Part shown: positions 44,038 to 56,800 of the stretch, in pieces | Layout: each line of letters opens with the position of its first letter | Numbering within the stretch: the first letter of the stretch is position 1 | DNA from: Macrostomum lignano | Lineage: Eukaryota | Direction of reading: 5' to 3' | Length of the DNA: 64,000 nt | NCBI GenBank assembly: GCA_002269645.1 | Contig: NIVC01001226.1 | Coordinates: forward strand, 62,001 to 126,000 | The notes under the pieces: model-generated | Databases searched by the model: none | Told to the model about the DNA's origin: nothing | The model's input: the letters and a program-made list of their open reading frames with translations, nothing else | Translations under genes and position numbers: made by a program

Positions 44038-44338
44038 CAGCAGAGTACAATAGAGTACGCTGTCAGTTTGCAAGAGCAGCATCAGATAGCGCGCTTCAAA
44101 GCTTAGGCGCAAACAAAGGCCACACCGCCGGCAGAGTCTGGGGTGCCAGCGTCAGCCAGCAGACAGTCGATGTAGTGCCGAGTCCTTGCCTGTCCCTGCC
44201 AGTAGGATGCCTGCAACGTAAGTAGCAGCACCTCCTGTACCGGCTCTAGACAGTAGGCCTCAGCGCGGATGACGTGGCCTGCCAGCTAGAGTTGCCGACG
44301 TCGCAGCAGATCGCTAGGACAGGCCAGGCCGGCGCAAT
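44038..44338 (-). mobile_element. RTE-type LINE 3' fragment (301 bp) with 12-bp TSD
   Basis: The minus strand encodes RRQL*LAGHVIRAEAYCLEPVQEVLLLTLQ..., ending GCGCGCTATCTGA like the copy at 411-1216. It is flanked by GACAATGCGCAA at 44026-44037 and 44339-44350. Confidence 0.88.
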
Positions 44339-47300
44339 GACAATGCGCAATTGATAGCAATAAGCCTAAATTAGTCTCTTTCTACTGTTCTGTATTGTCT
44401 GTACTTAAAAAGAATCCTATAGCCTATTGTCAAGACTATTACATGGTGGGTAGTACTGTACATTATAGCCCATTGCCGATGTAACAAATTGCACGGATTG
44501 AGTTAGAACACTCTTTGAAACACACAGTTGTACTTAGACAATAAGCATTGTTGACAAAACATACTTGTCGCCATATTTAACATAGCTTGTTGCCAAAGTC
44601 ACAATTTTTCATGTTGCCAAAATCAACTATTGCCAAAAAGCCTGGCACCCATTGGTCCTATATCTAATATAATATAGGATATTGGATATAAGTAGGGCCT
44701 ATGATAGATAAGATAGGTAATGTTATTCATTGTCATAAATCAATATATAGACATAGTATAGGCCTAGATTTTACATAGGCCCTCTATAAGTAATATGTCT
44801 AAATAGATTAATAGAGTCATAAAAACTATATAATGATCCTATGGCTATAAGCCTAGGCCCTTATTGATATATTAATCTAGTCTAAGCCTAGTCTGATCTA
44901 GGTATATTAATAGTAAAAATATATAATATATATTTAATAATAATAAAAACTGTATTAATAACTAAAAAAGTAAGACAAGGCCTAAAAGTAAGATAACAAT
45001 AAATTAAACAATATTTATCAATGTCAACTTTTCTTTTAAAAGCCTATATAGTTTTGCTCATTAAATTATTTTTGTTAAAAATAATAATTGTTAAGCCATA
45101 GTCTGGATCATGTTGGTTGCACATCTAAACAAAAATCCAATAATTATAAATGCATGCCAAAAAATAGAGTGCATATCCATTCTCATAACTATGCTAGTGT
45201 TGCAACAATAAATGACCTTTACATTGTGAAAGTAAATTACTTTTTTAAATTGCATAATGGACCCTTTTTAGCAAATAATTTGGTTAATTTTTATGCTTTT
45301 TCGATAATACTAGGCCTATTCACAGTAAAAAATCAATACATGCAAAGATTAGTTTAACTGTTTTTTATAAGCTTTAAAAACCCTAAAAGCCTAAAATTTA
45401 CGCTTAAAAATGAACGTAAACATTAACAATGTACTTTTTTTCTATTTTACAATAACTCTTTTGCATGATTCTATGAAGTGCATGCCAGGTATGTATGCAT
45501 ACTATTTTCTTAAGAGTGATGCATGCCAATTGTGCATGCCTACTTTTGGTATGCAAGGCCAATGCACATCTAAATTTTTGGGCCTAGAGGTAAAAGGTAA
45601 AATGGATAAAGGGTAATAAGGAATCAACTATTTAGTTTTGTTAGTCTACAATGGATAATAATGTGACACCCAATAGAAGTTCCCAAAGGTCTTGTTTGGG
45701 AAGGGGCACCAGTAAAAATAGGGCCTAACTCCTGTAGGTGTGACTGGCATAGAAAATGATAATAGAATGGTTGTAATATGCACATTTAAACAAAAGTAGT
45801 TACTTAATAATATGTTACATTTGTTCCTTATTCTTTATTCTACTATTTCTTAAGCCTAAAGTTACTTAAAAGTTTATTATTCTTAACAAAAATAATTTAA
45901 CATGCAAAACTACAAGATAGTCAGCTAGGCCTAGGCCTATAATAAAGTTTTAACTAACTAATGGTAAACCAAACTCCAGATCAATGCGATCATGTGATAT
46001 ATCCTTGGCCTTAAATCTATTAGCCCTGTATGCCAAAAGCTAGGTATACACAATTGGCATGCATTACTTCTAAGAAAAAAAATATATATGCATACAGTAT
46101 ACCTAGTGTGCACTTTATAAAATCATGCAAAAGAGTTAATTTTAAGTAGAAAAAAGATTGAAAACTTCATTTTTAAGCATTAAATTCAAGTTTTCTAGTT
46201 TTTTAATCTTATTATAAGGCATTAAAACTAATGTTTGTATATATTGATTTTCTGCTATAAATATTGTAATATAGGCAAGAAAGGAAAGTAATGAACGAAA
46301 ATAATAAGTCAAGCAAATGACCCTCTTAATATAGTCTATCTTGTTTTGCAATGAAGGTGATACAAGATCTCTAAAACCAAGATCTCTAAAGCTTGTTTCT
46401 CCAAAACACAGACATCCTAGGTAGATGCCTGTGGGCTTGTGATAGGTCAAACAAGTCAGAGTAATTGTATTCTATAAAACTAGTAAACAACAATATGAGG
46501 AGTAAGCAATGTATATAGGCGAGTATATTGTTAGTTTATAATCTCATAGCACATAATACAATATACTATATACCATATATAACTTTATATCAATATAGTA
46601 TCTTATATTATATGCTATAACATTTTTCAGCCAGAAATTTCCAAGAAGACTTATTACCTTTGTATTGAAATTTAATATTTTTTAGGGATTCATTCATTTT
46701 GTTTGCTATTAGTTTGTTGGCTAAAATACGAAATAACTTTTTAGTAGTGCAATTTATGCAATTTATGCAATTTAAATCTGTAATTATTAACTTTGGAATT
46801 AACTAATCTAATAAGTTAGTATTTTATTATTAATAATATTTGGTAGATTGCCATCCCTGATATTAATTAGTAGTAAGAAAAGCAACTTGATCATTATTTG
46901 CTATATCAAAGGCACTAGTGTACATGTATATATATATACAATTTATAACAGAAATATAATAAAAAATTATTTGTATTATTATATAACTAATGTATTTTCA
47001 AAAAAAATATTTTAAAAATGGATTTTTTTGAAAATTGTATATGGGTCTTGAAAATACTTTCAGACAATACTTTTAAAAATGTTGTATTGCTCACTATTCA
47101 CATTCATCTTAACAAAAGTAGTATTAATTTTTTAATTTTACTATACATTTTTTCTTTTCTATTTTCTAATTGCACTAAACAACCTGCATTGAACACTACA
47201 CAGCCTATGTTATGCTACAATATTGTGCTATGCCATATGTGCCAATATATTAACTTTAGAAAGCTTCTGTCCATTGGAATTTTCTAGACAAAAAGAATTC

Positions 47301-47850
47301 ATTCTAAGTGTAGAGTGTGCACTACGACTATATACCAAATGCAGTAGGGACCCTTTGTGTATACCAGAATTTTGTTTGGCAAAGGCGATTTTCATTTTAG
47401 CTATAAGTTTTATATTGCTATACAATGCAATACAAGTTCTGCAATACAAGTACAATGCAATACAACAGGAAGTGAAACATAGCTACTGACTGATACTACT
47501 TAATAGTAGTATTAAAGTAATACTCGCTCTGAAATTTCTTTGTTTTGTTGAATCTTTAAAATTCCTAATTTTGAGCAACTCGTGCTAAAATTAGTCCAGT
47601 TAAGCTCTAGACAATTTTGTCTGCAATGTGAAATGCAAATTAATTATTAATGTAGGCATATAAAATGTCTCCATTTCTTATAAATTTCTTTAGAGTGTCT
47701 TATCAAAATATTTTGAGCATGGCACCTTCAACATTATCCCACGATTAAAGTTTCACAGGGAGGAAATTGGCAGACTAGTTTTATCAAGAAAATCTCAATA
47801 GACTTCAATTCCAGCATTCAACTTTCCTATCTTAACTTCTGCAGACAGTT

Positions 47851-50800
47851 ATGTCTCACTTCCTGTCAAAGCAGGCGGTGGAGTCAAGCGATGAAGACAG
47901 CAGCAGCGATAGTCTGAGCAGCAGCAGCAGTATTAGTGGCCGGGGCGGCGGTGGAGCTGAGGAAGCCAGCGACAAGCCCGACCAGTCTCCAGTGCCTTCA
48001 AAGAAGCGCAAAATCGATCCGAAATCCTCGTCAAAGCCGCAGAAGAAATCGCCTGAGCAGCACAAGAAAAAGAAGAAGAAAGATAAAAAGCAATTGGCCA
48101 AGAAAGACAAACAAAAGAAGAAGACTAATAAAGCCGCTATAGCGAGTGACAGCGATGGCGAAGACGGTGATGCGAACAACGATGTCGACAGCGAGGACAG
48201 CGAAGATGACGATGACAGCGAAGATGACGTTGAAGAGCTGCGCAAAGTGCAGCAGGGCTTCATAGTCGATAGCGAAGAGGACGAAGACAATGATAATGGG
48301 GAAAATGAAAGCGGCGGCGTCGGCGGAGGCAAAGCTGTTGCCGAGAAGCGCGGCGCTGGCGGCGGCGAAGGGGGCCACGGCGAAGGCGGCTTGAGCTCCG
48401 GCTCGGACTCTGAGCTGTCTGAAGATCTCGACGAAGAGGACCACGCCCTGATCGAGGAGAACACCGGCATCCGGCGTCGAGCTAAAAAACCAAAACGCGT
48501 AGTCGGCGTGGTTGATTCGGACGAAGACTCCGACGCTCGAAGCGGCGACTCCGGCGCAGCGACGGCGCCAGCCGGTGGGGCTAGCGCCGCTGCCGGCGCC
48601 GACGAAGCGATCCGGCGGGACATCTTCGGCGAGGACGACGACGACGACGAGGATGTCGATGGCAACGACCGCTCCGCGCTGCCTGCGAGCGCCGCCGCCT
48701 CCGCTGCTCTGCTGACTCGGCGGCCGGGTGAGTGGCAGAGACTGACAGGCACTGGGGGCTGGGGCAGACAGACACTGAGACTGACAGGCACTGGGGGCTG
48801 GGGCAGACAGACACTGAGACTGACAGGCACTGGGGGCTGGGGCAGACAGACACTGAGACTGACAGGCACTGGGGGCTGGGGCAGACAGACACTGAGACTG
48901 ACAGGCACTGGGGGCTGGGGCAGACAGACACTGAGACTGACAGGCACTGGGGGCTGGGGCAGACAGACACTGAGACTGACAGGCACTGGGGGCTGGGGCA
49001 GACAGACACTGAGACTGACAGGCACTGGGGGCTGGGGCAGACAGACACTGAGACTGACAGGCACTGGGGGCTGGGGCAGACAGACACTGAGACTGACAGG
49101 CACTGGGGGCTGGGGCAGACAGACACTGAGACTGACAGGCACTGGGGGCTGGGGCAGACAGACACTGAGACTGACAGGCACTGGGGGCTGGGGCAGACAG
49201 ACACTGAGACTGACAGGCACTGGGGGCTGGGGCAGACAGACACTGAGACTGACAGGCACTGGGGGCTGGGGCAGACAGACACTGAGACAGAGAAGCACTG
49301 AGACAGACAGGCACTGGGACAGACAGACACTGGGGCAGACAGACACTGGGACAGACAGACACTGGAACAGACAGACACCGATACAGACAGACACTGGAAC
49401 AGACAGACACCGATACAGACAGGCACTGGGCAGACACATTGATGTTGACAGACAAACGCAAGGGCGCAGGCAGTCACGTGACTAATTACGTCTATCGACA
49501 TTGTCAGGCCACAGCGACGACGACGACGAAGAGGACGACGATGACGACGACGACGGCATGGCGCATTTTATTGTCGACGAGACTCGAGAAGGCGCGGCTG
49601 CCGGCGGCCCGTCGACATCGTCTGCCGGCCAGCGGCGTCCCGGCGGCGGCGGCGGCAGTCGGGCGCTCCGACACGCGCAGGAAATTTTCGGCGTCGATTT
49701 CGACCGGGACGAATTTAAACAGTACGGAGAGGACAGCGCCGACGAGGACGAAGATGAAGACGAAGATGATGATGAAGAGGAAGACCTCGATGACGAGGAA
49801 GCTGAGGATGAGGAAGGTGCCGTTGCCAGGCGGAAGCGTCGGAAAGCCGCGGCCTCGCTGGCCGCACGCGCCGGTCCACGCGCCGCTGAAGAAGTTTTCG
49901 ACCCCTCCGAATTGGAACGATTCCATCTGACTAAGGAGGACGCCGAGATTCGAGCCACGGACCTGCCGGAGAGATTTCAAACAATGCGGCAGGTAGCAGT
50001 GAAACAGGCAGCTGACAATGACGAATTGCAGGAGGAAGCCGAATGGATTTACAATAACTGCTTTAGCAGCAGGACTATCATTAATCAGGTTTGGATTTGG
50101 GGCGCGTTTGCCGATATGTTGAGTTAATCAGCGTTTGGTTTTTCATTTATTTGCCATGAGCCAGTGGCAACCAGTGATCACTCTCTCTGGGCAATTCCCT
50201 ATGACCCACTCTTATCTATCTGAGCGATTCCCTATGACCTATTCTTATCTATCTGAGCAATTCCCTATGACCCATTTTTATCTATCTGAGGGATTCCCTC
50301 TGACCCACTCTTATCTATCTGAGCGATTCCCTATGACCCACTCTTATCTATCTGAGCAATTCCCTATGACCAATTCTTATCTATCTAAGCGATGCAGTTC
50401 AAGTTACGCACTTAAAATTACTATAAAAAGCGCGATTGCCGATATGTATCGTAAAAAAACTTTCCTAATGACTGCTAAATCGAAAAAATCCCCAGCTAAT
50501 ACCCGGTGACGAAGCTTACGAGCACGGACTTAGCCGACGCCGCGGCGAAACTGTCGCCAAAATCTTCGCCGCCCTCGCCCTGATGCGCAACAAACTTTAC
50601 GAAGTTCCCTTCATTGCCTTCTACCGGAAAGAGTTCGTAGAAAAAGAGCTGAACCTCACCGACCTGTGGCGAATTTGGCAAGCCGATGAGAAGTGGACTC
50701 AGTTGTGGCTTCGCAGGCGGCGGCTGCACGCTCTGCTCTCTCGGATGCAAAAGTACAAAGTTGAACGAGAATTCGCGCGCTATGAAGGCGCCCTGCCGGA

Positions 50801-53800
50801 CAATTATAGGCCACTTAGTGACGAGGATGTGGCCAGGGCCTTGAAAGTGAGTGAAAGATTTTCTAAATGTTTACATGGTATTGTATTAGATCTGAATCTC
50901 AGCTCAGGATCTGAATCTTATAGCTCAGGATCTGAATTTCAAAGCTCAGGGTCTGAGCCTCATAGCTTGGGATCTGAATCTCATAGCTTAGGATCTGAAT
51001 CTCATAGCTTAGGATCTGAATCTCATAGCTTGGATCTTTAAAATCTCATAGCTTAGGATCTGAATCTCGTAGCTTAGGATCTGAATCTCATAGTTCAGGA
51101 TCTGCATCTCATAGCTCAGGATCTGCATCTCATAGCTTGGGATCTGAATCTCATAGCTTGGGATCTGAATCTCATAGCTTGGAATCTGAGTCTCATAGCT
51201 TAGGATCTGAATCTCATAGCTTAGGATCTGAATCTCATAGCTTGGGATCTGTAAAATCTCATAGCTTAGGATCTGAATCTCGTAGCTTAGGATCTGAATC
51301 TCATGGCTTAGGATCTGAATCTCGTAGCTTAGGATCTGAATCTCATAGCTTAGGATCTGAGTCTCATAGCTCAGGATCTGCATCCCATAACTTGGGATCT
51401 GAATCTCATAGCTTAGGATCTGAGTCTCATAGCTTAGGATCTGAATCTCATAACTTGGGATCTGAATCTCATAGCTTAGAATCTAAATCTCAGCTCAGGA
51501 TCTGAATCTCATAGCTTGGGATCTGAATCTCATAGCTTGGGATCTGAATCTCATAGCTTGGGATCTGAATCTCATAGCTCAGTATCTGAATATCATAGCT
51601 CAGGATCTGAATCTCATAGCTCAGGTTCTGAATCTCATAGCCCAGGGTCTGAATCTCATAGCTCAGGGTCTAAATCTCATAGCTCAGGATCTGAGTCTCA
51701 TAGCTCAGGATCTGAATCTCATAGCTCAGGTTCTGAATCTCATAGCCCAGGGTCTGAATCTCATAGCTTTTGGTCTGAATTTCATAGCTCAGGATCTGAA
51801 TCTCATAGCTTTTGGTCTGAATCTCATAGCTCAGGATCTGAATCTCATAGCTTTTGGTCTGAATCTCATAGCTCAGGATCTGAATCTCATAGCTTTTGGT
51901 CTGAATCTTATAGCTCAGGATCTGAATCTCATAGCTTTTGGTCTGAATCTCATAGCTCAGGATCTGAATTTCATAGCTTAGGATTTGAATCTCATAGCTC
52001 AGGATCTGAATCTCATAGCTCAGGATCTGAATCTCATAGCTCAGGATCTGAATCTCAGCTCAGAATCTGGATCTCATAGCTCAGGATCTGAATCTCATAG
52101 TTTAGGATCTGAATCTCTTGGCTCAGGATCTGAATCTCATAGCTTAGGGTTATAATTAAACTAGGCAGCTATGGCACGTGATATTCCAATTATGTATCAA
52201 TCTGAACTCTCACAGGTGACCAGCCTAGAAGAGCTTGATGACGTCTATCAGCATTTTCTATTATACTACGGCCGCGACATGCAGGCTATGCACGAATACT
52301 TTGACGAGCTGCAGCAGCAGCAGGCTACTCAACAGCAGCAGCAGGCTCGGCGCAATCAATTACGTCGTCAGGCCAATACTAGGCCTCAGTATCGGCTGTG
52401 TCTGGAGGCTAGGTAATTGAAATGCCCATTTTTATAGTTGTATTGGCACCCCTGTACGAAGCATGAAATAATCGCCCTTGAAATAGGCATTGAAACCCTG
52501 TATATACCTTGAACTAATCGCCCTGTACATACATTGAGCTCATCGCCTCGTACATTCATTGAAATAATCTCTCTGTACATACATTGAACTGATCGCCCTG
52601 TACACATTTCACCTGTACGAGCTACTTATCGCGTACACACGAAAGAATTTCTATGTAAACGCATTAAAATAATCTTGCATGTGCTCGCCTTAAGTACCTT
52701 ACCTCATATCCCTTAATTCCTAGACTCGTTGGCCTTGCCCGTCGCTGGGGCCTCACTCCGGAACAATTTGCCGACAATCTCAAGGAGCAATTCTCTCGAC
52801 ACGAGGTCGATCAGTGCATGCTGGATCCCCTGGAAGCTGCCAGGGAATTTGTGTCCGAACGATTCCCAACGCCTGAGGACGCACTTGACGGGGCTCGGCT
52901 TGTTGTGGCCACTCAGATTGCCGCGGACCCTACGGTGCGCTCTGTTTTAACTTTAGGGTGTTCTGAGTTTGTGTCTAACACTTAAGGGGGTTCTGAGTTT
53001 GTGTCTAACACTTAAGGGGGTTCTGAGTTTGTGTCTAACACTTTATAGTGCTTTGAGTTGGTGTCTAACACTTTAGGGTGTTCTGAGTTTGTGTCTAACA
53101 CTTTATAGTGCTTTGAGTTGGTGTCTAACACTTTAGGGTATTCTGAGTTTGTGTCTAACACTTTATGGTGCTTTGAGTTGGTGTCTAGCACATTCTATAG
53201 TGTTCTGAGTTGGTATCTAACACATTCTATTGTATAATGTTTTGAGTTGATGTCTAACGCATTCTATAATGTTTTGAGTTGATGTCTAACGCATTCTATA
53301 ATGTTCTGAGTTGGTGTCTAACACATTCTATAATGTTTTGAGTTGGTTTCTAACACATTCTATAATCTAAAGTGTTCTGAGTTGGTGTCTAACACTTTAG
53401 GGTGTTCTGAGTTGGTGTCTAACACTTTAGGGTGTTCTGAGTTTGTGTCTAACACTTTATGGTGCTTTGAGTTGGTGTCTAGCACATTCTATAATGTTTT
53501 GAGTTGATGTCTAACGCATTCTATAATGTTTTGAGTTGATGTCTAACGCATTCTATAATGTTCTGAGTTGGTGTCTAACACATTCTATAATGTTTTGAGT
53601 TGGTGTCTAACACATTCTATAGTGTTCTGAGTTGGTGTCTAACACATTCTATAGTGTTCTGAGTTGGTGTCTAACACTTTAGGGTGTTCTGAGTTTGTGT
53701 CTAACACTTTATGGTGCTTTGAGTTGGTGTCTAGCACATTCTATAATGTTTTGAGTTGATGTCTAACGCATTCTATAATGTTCTGAGTTGGTGTCTAACA

Positions 53801-56800
53801 CATTCTATAATGTTTTGAGTTGGTGTCTAACACATTCTATAGTGTTCTGAGTTGGTGTCTAACACATTCTATAGTGTTCTGAGTTGGTGTCTAACACTTT
53901 AGGGTGTTCTGAGTTTGTGTCTAACACTTTATGGTGCTTTGAGTTGGTGTCTAACACATTCTATAATGTTTTGAGTTGATGTCTAACGCATTCTATAATG
54001 TTCTGAGTTGATGTCTAACGCATTCTATAATGTTCTGAGTTGATGTCTAACGCATTCTATAATGTTCTGAGTTGGTGTCTAACGCATTCTATAATGTTCT
54101 GAGTTGATGTCTAACGCATTCTATAATGTTTTGAGTTGGTGTCTAACACATTCTATAGTGTTCTGAGTTGGTGTCTAACACATTCTATAATGTTCTGAGT
54201 TGGTGTCTAACGCATCCCGCATTCAATTTTACAGGTGAGACAGATCGTACGCAGGCGCTTCTTCTCATCCGCCAAGTTGACCGTGCGGCCAACTAAAAAA
54301 GGCCAACGGGAAATAGACGAAAGCCACCATTTATATCCGTACAAGTACCTAACCAACAAGGAGGTTGATAGTATCCATGGCGACGCGTTTCTAAGAATTC
54401 AACAAGGCCAAAAAGATGGGTTAGTGACCTACGAGCTGCATATGGACGATAAGCCTACTAGGCGACAGCGAGTGGACATTGTCACCTATTCGTCCGAGGC
54501 CAAGCAGTACTTCTATCGGGACGAGTACAGCGCCCTCGCTCGGGCCTGGAATGCTCAACGATTTCAAGCTTTAGATTATGCGCTCGAGAAACTGCTCTAT
54601 CCCACTTTGCGCCGCCAACTGGAGGGAAGAATTATTCAAGAGGCTAGAGATGGTTAGTCTTTATTGGCTTGATATTATTCTCCACGTCTGCGTGTTCCTG
54701 GCATCTAAGTGTTCTTTCTTAGAATTATAAAGTTCTTTCTTAGAATTTGGGTGTTCTTTCTTAGAATTTGAGTGTTCTTTCTTAGAATTTAAGTGTTCTT
54801 TCTTAGAATTTGAGTGTTCTTTCTTAGAATTTGAGTGTTCTTTCTTAGAATTTGAGTGTTCCTTCTTAGAATTTAAGTGTTCTTTCTTAGAATCCTGAAG
54901 TTATTTCTTAGAATTTAAGTGCTCTTGCTTAGAATTCGAGGGTTTTTTCTTAGAATCGAAGTGTTGCTTCTTACAATTTAAGTGTTATTTATTATAATTT
55001 TAGCGTTCTTTCTTACCATTTAAGTGTTCTTTTTTAGAATTTGTGGTTTTTTCTTGGAATTATAGTGCTCTTCTTAGAATTTTAGTGTTCTTTTTTAAAA
55101 AAGTCAGCTTTCTTAGAATATAAGTTTAAGAGTACTCGTATAAGTTCTTACAACCTATTTCTCATTTCTTGAAATTCACTTGTACTTTCTTAGAATCAAA
55201 GTGTAATTTTTTAGAATACATGTGCTCTATCTTAGAATTTGAATCAATTTTTTCATCAAGCCAATCCTCATTACACAAAAGAGCTTTCCCAAACACCAAT
55301 CCACAGGCATCAGCCGGTCGTGCAGCCTAAAGATTAGCAATTGGCTCAAGTTCGCGCCCTACCCGGCTGGCGGCCTGGACGGCGCCGGCGGCGAGCACAG
55401 GCATCGAGCCGACTCGTCGAGTCGTAGACGCGACAGGCTCGCTAGAGTTATGGGCGTAGCCTACAGCACAGATAGAGAGATTGCCGCCTACGCTTCGGTT
55501 ATTAATTCAAACGGTGAAGTGCTGGATTTCTTAAGGCTGCCGTTCCTGCTGGCTAGTAAGAAATCGCAACGCGAGGAAACTGCGAAGAATAAGGTATGAA
55601 CTAGACAGAAATTATGTACTTGTTTATAGTATTCCGCATTATTTAAATTAATTTTTTTTTAAATAACACAATGTTCGTTATAGTCTATTGTTTTGGTCAT
55701 CATGTAAGTAGTCAAGAAGCGAATTTTAAAGCTATAATTTAACAAAAAAGTGATCTTTCACTGCCAGGCTCGCGAGCTTCACCTCATCAAGAAGCTAATC
55801 GCCAAGCATCGCCCAGACGTTATCGCTGTTGGCACCGAGTCCAAAGAGGCCCTGACTATTCAGCAGGAGCTTCGCGAACTCGCCCAGGAACTCCTAGCCG
55901 AGGGCTTAGCAACTAACTCGAGCGTCCATCTGGTTGACAACGAGCCGGCCCGAGTGTTTGAGAAATCCCGGCGCGCCGAGAAAGAATTGCCAACTTATCC
56001 AGAAATTCTGCGACAGAGCGTCTCGGTTGCTAGGCGACTGCAGGATCCCCTAGTGGAGCTGGCCGGCTTGGTTAATGCCGATGAGGATATCCTGTGCTTG
56101 AGGATGCATCCTATGCAGGTTGGTTGCTATAAAGCTTTGCTCTTATGCCCCCAGTTGCTGGGCCAGCCTCCCAGCTCCCCAGTTGCTGGGCCAGCCTCCC
56201 AGATCCTCAGTTGCTGGGCCAGCCTCCCAGCTCCCCAGTTGCTGGGCCAGCCTCCCAGCTCCCCAGTTGCTGGGCCAGCCTCCCAGATCCTCAGTTGCTG
56301 GGCCAGCCTCCCAGCTCCCCAATTGCTGGGCCAGCCTTCCAGCTCCCCAGTTGCTGAGCCAGCCTTCCAGATCCAGGTAAGTTATTGGACAGAATAGAAG
56401 TCACGTGACTGCTCTCAGCCAATAGCGACTTACATGTGTGTGTTGCCAATAGAAACGGTCGGGTGATTACCAAGGTTGCGCTTGTATGGCCATTGCCATC
56501 CCTACATCTCACTCACATTTCTGTCCTTTTGGCTCCATTCTCAAAACGACCTCTATATATTTTAGATTCTGAGATTCCCTTCGGTTGTTTAGACTGCACC
56601 ACAAGATTTCCCATAATTACACCTTATTGGAACCTCAGGTCAGCTGAAATCCTCAATCCATTCAATCCCAGGACGCGGTGCCCCGCGACCAGCTGCTATC
56701 GGCTCTGACCCTGGAATTCGTCAACAAAGTAAACGAAGTCGGCGTTGACGTGAACCGCTGCGTAGACTTGCCAAACTACGCCGCCCTGCTGCAATTCGTA

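Larger units (their letters stand above)
41621..44610 (-). mobile_element. Decayed Mutator-like (MULE) element bounded by ~40-bp inverted repeats
   Basis: 41621-41660 and 44570-44610 are inverted copies (3 mismatches, 1 indel) and enclose MULE transposase fragments. True termini and TSD not identified. Confidence 0.6.

Noticed and set aside
48728-49485. Read-through of SPT6 exon 1 into a 544-aa ORF; likewise the 438-aa ORF at 59266 and the 339-aa GPCR ORF at 29883
   Set aside because: The frames stay open only because the repeat units lack stops; strong splice sites and homology continuity support splicing.
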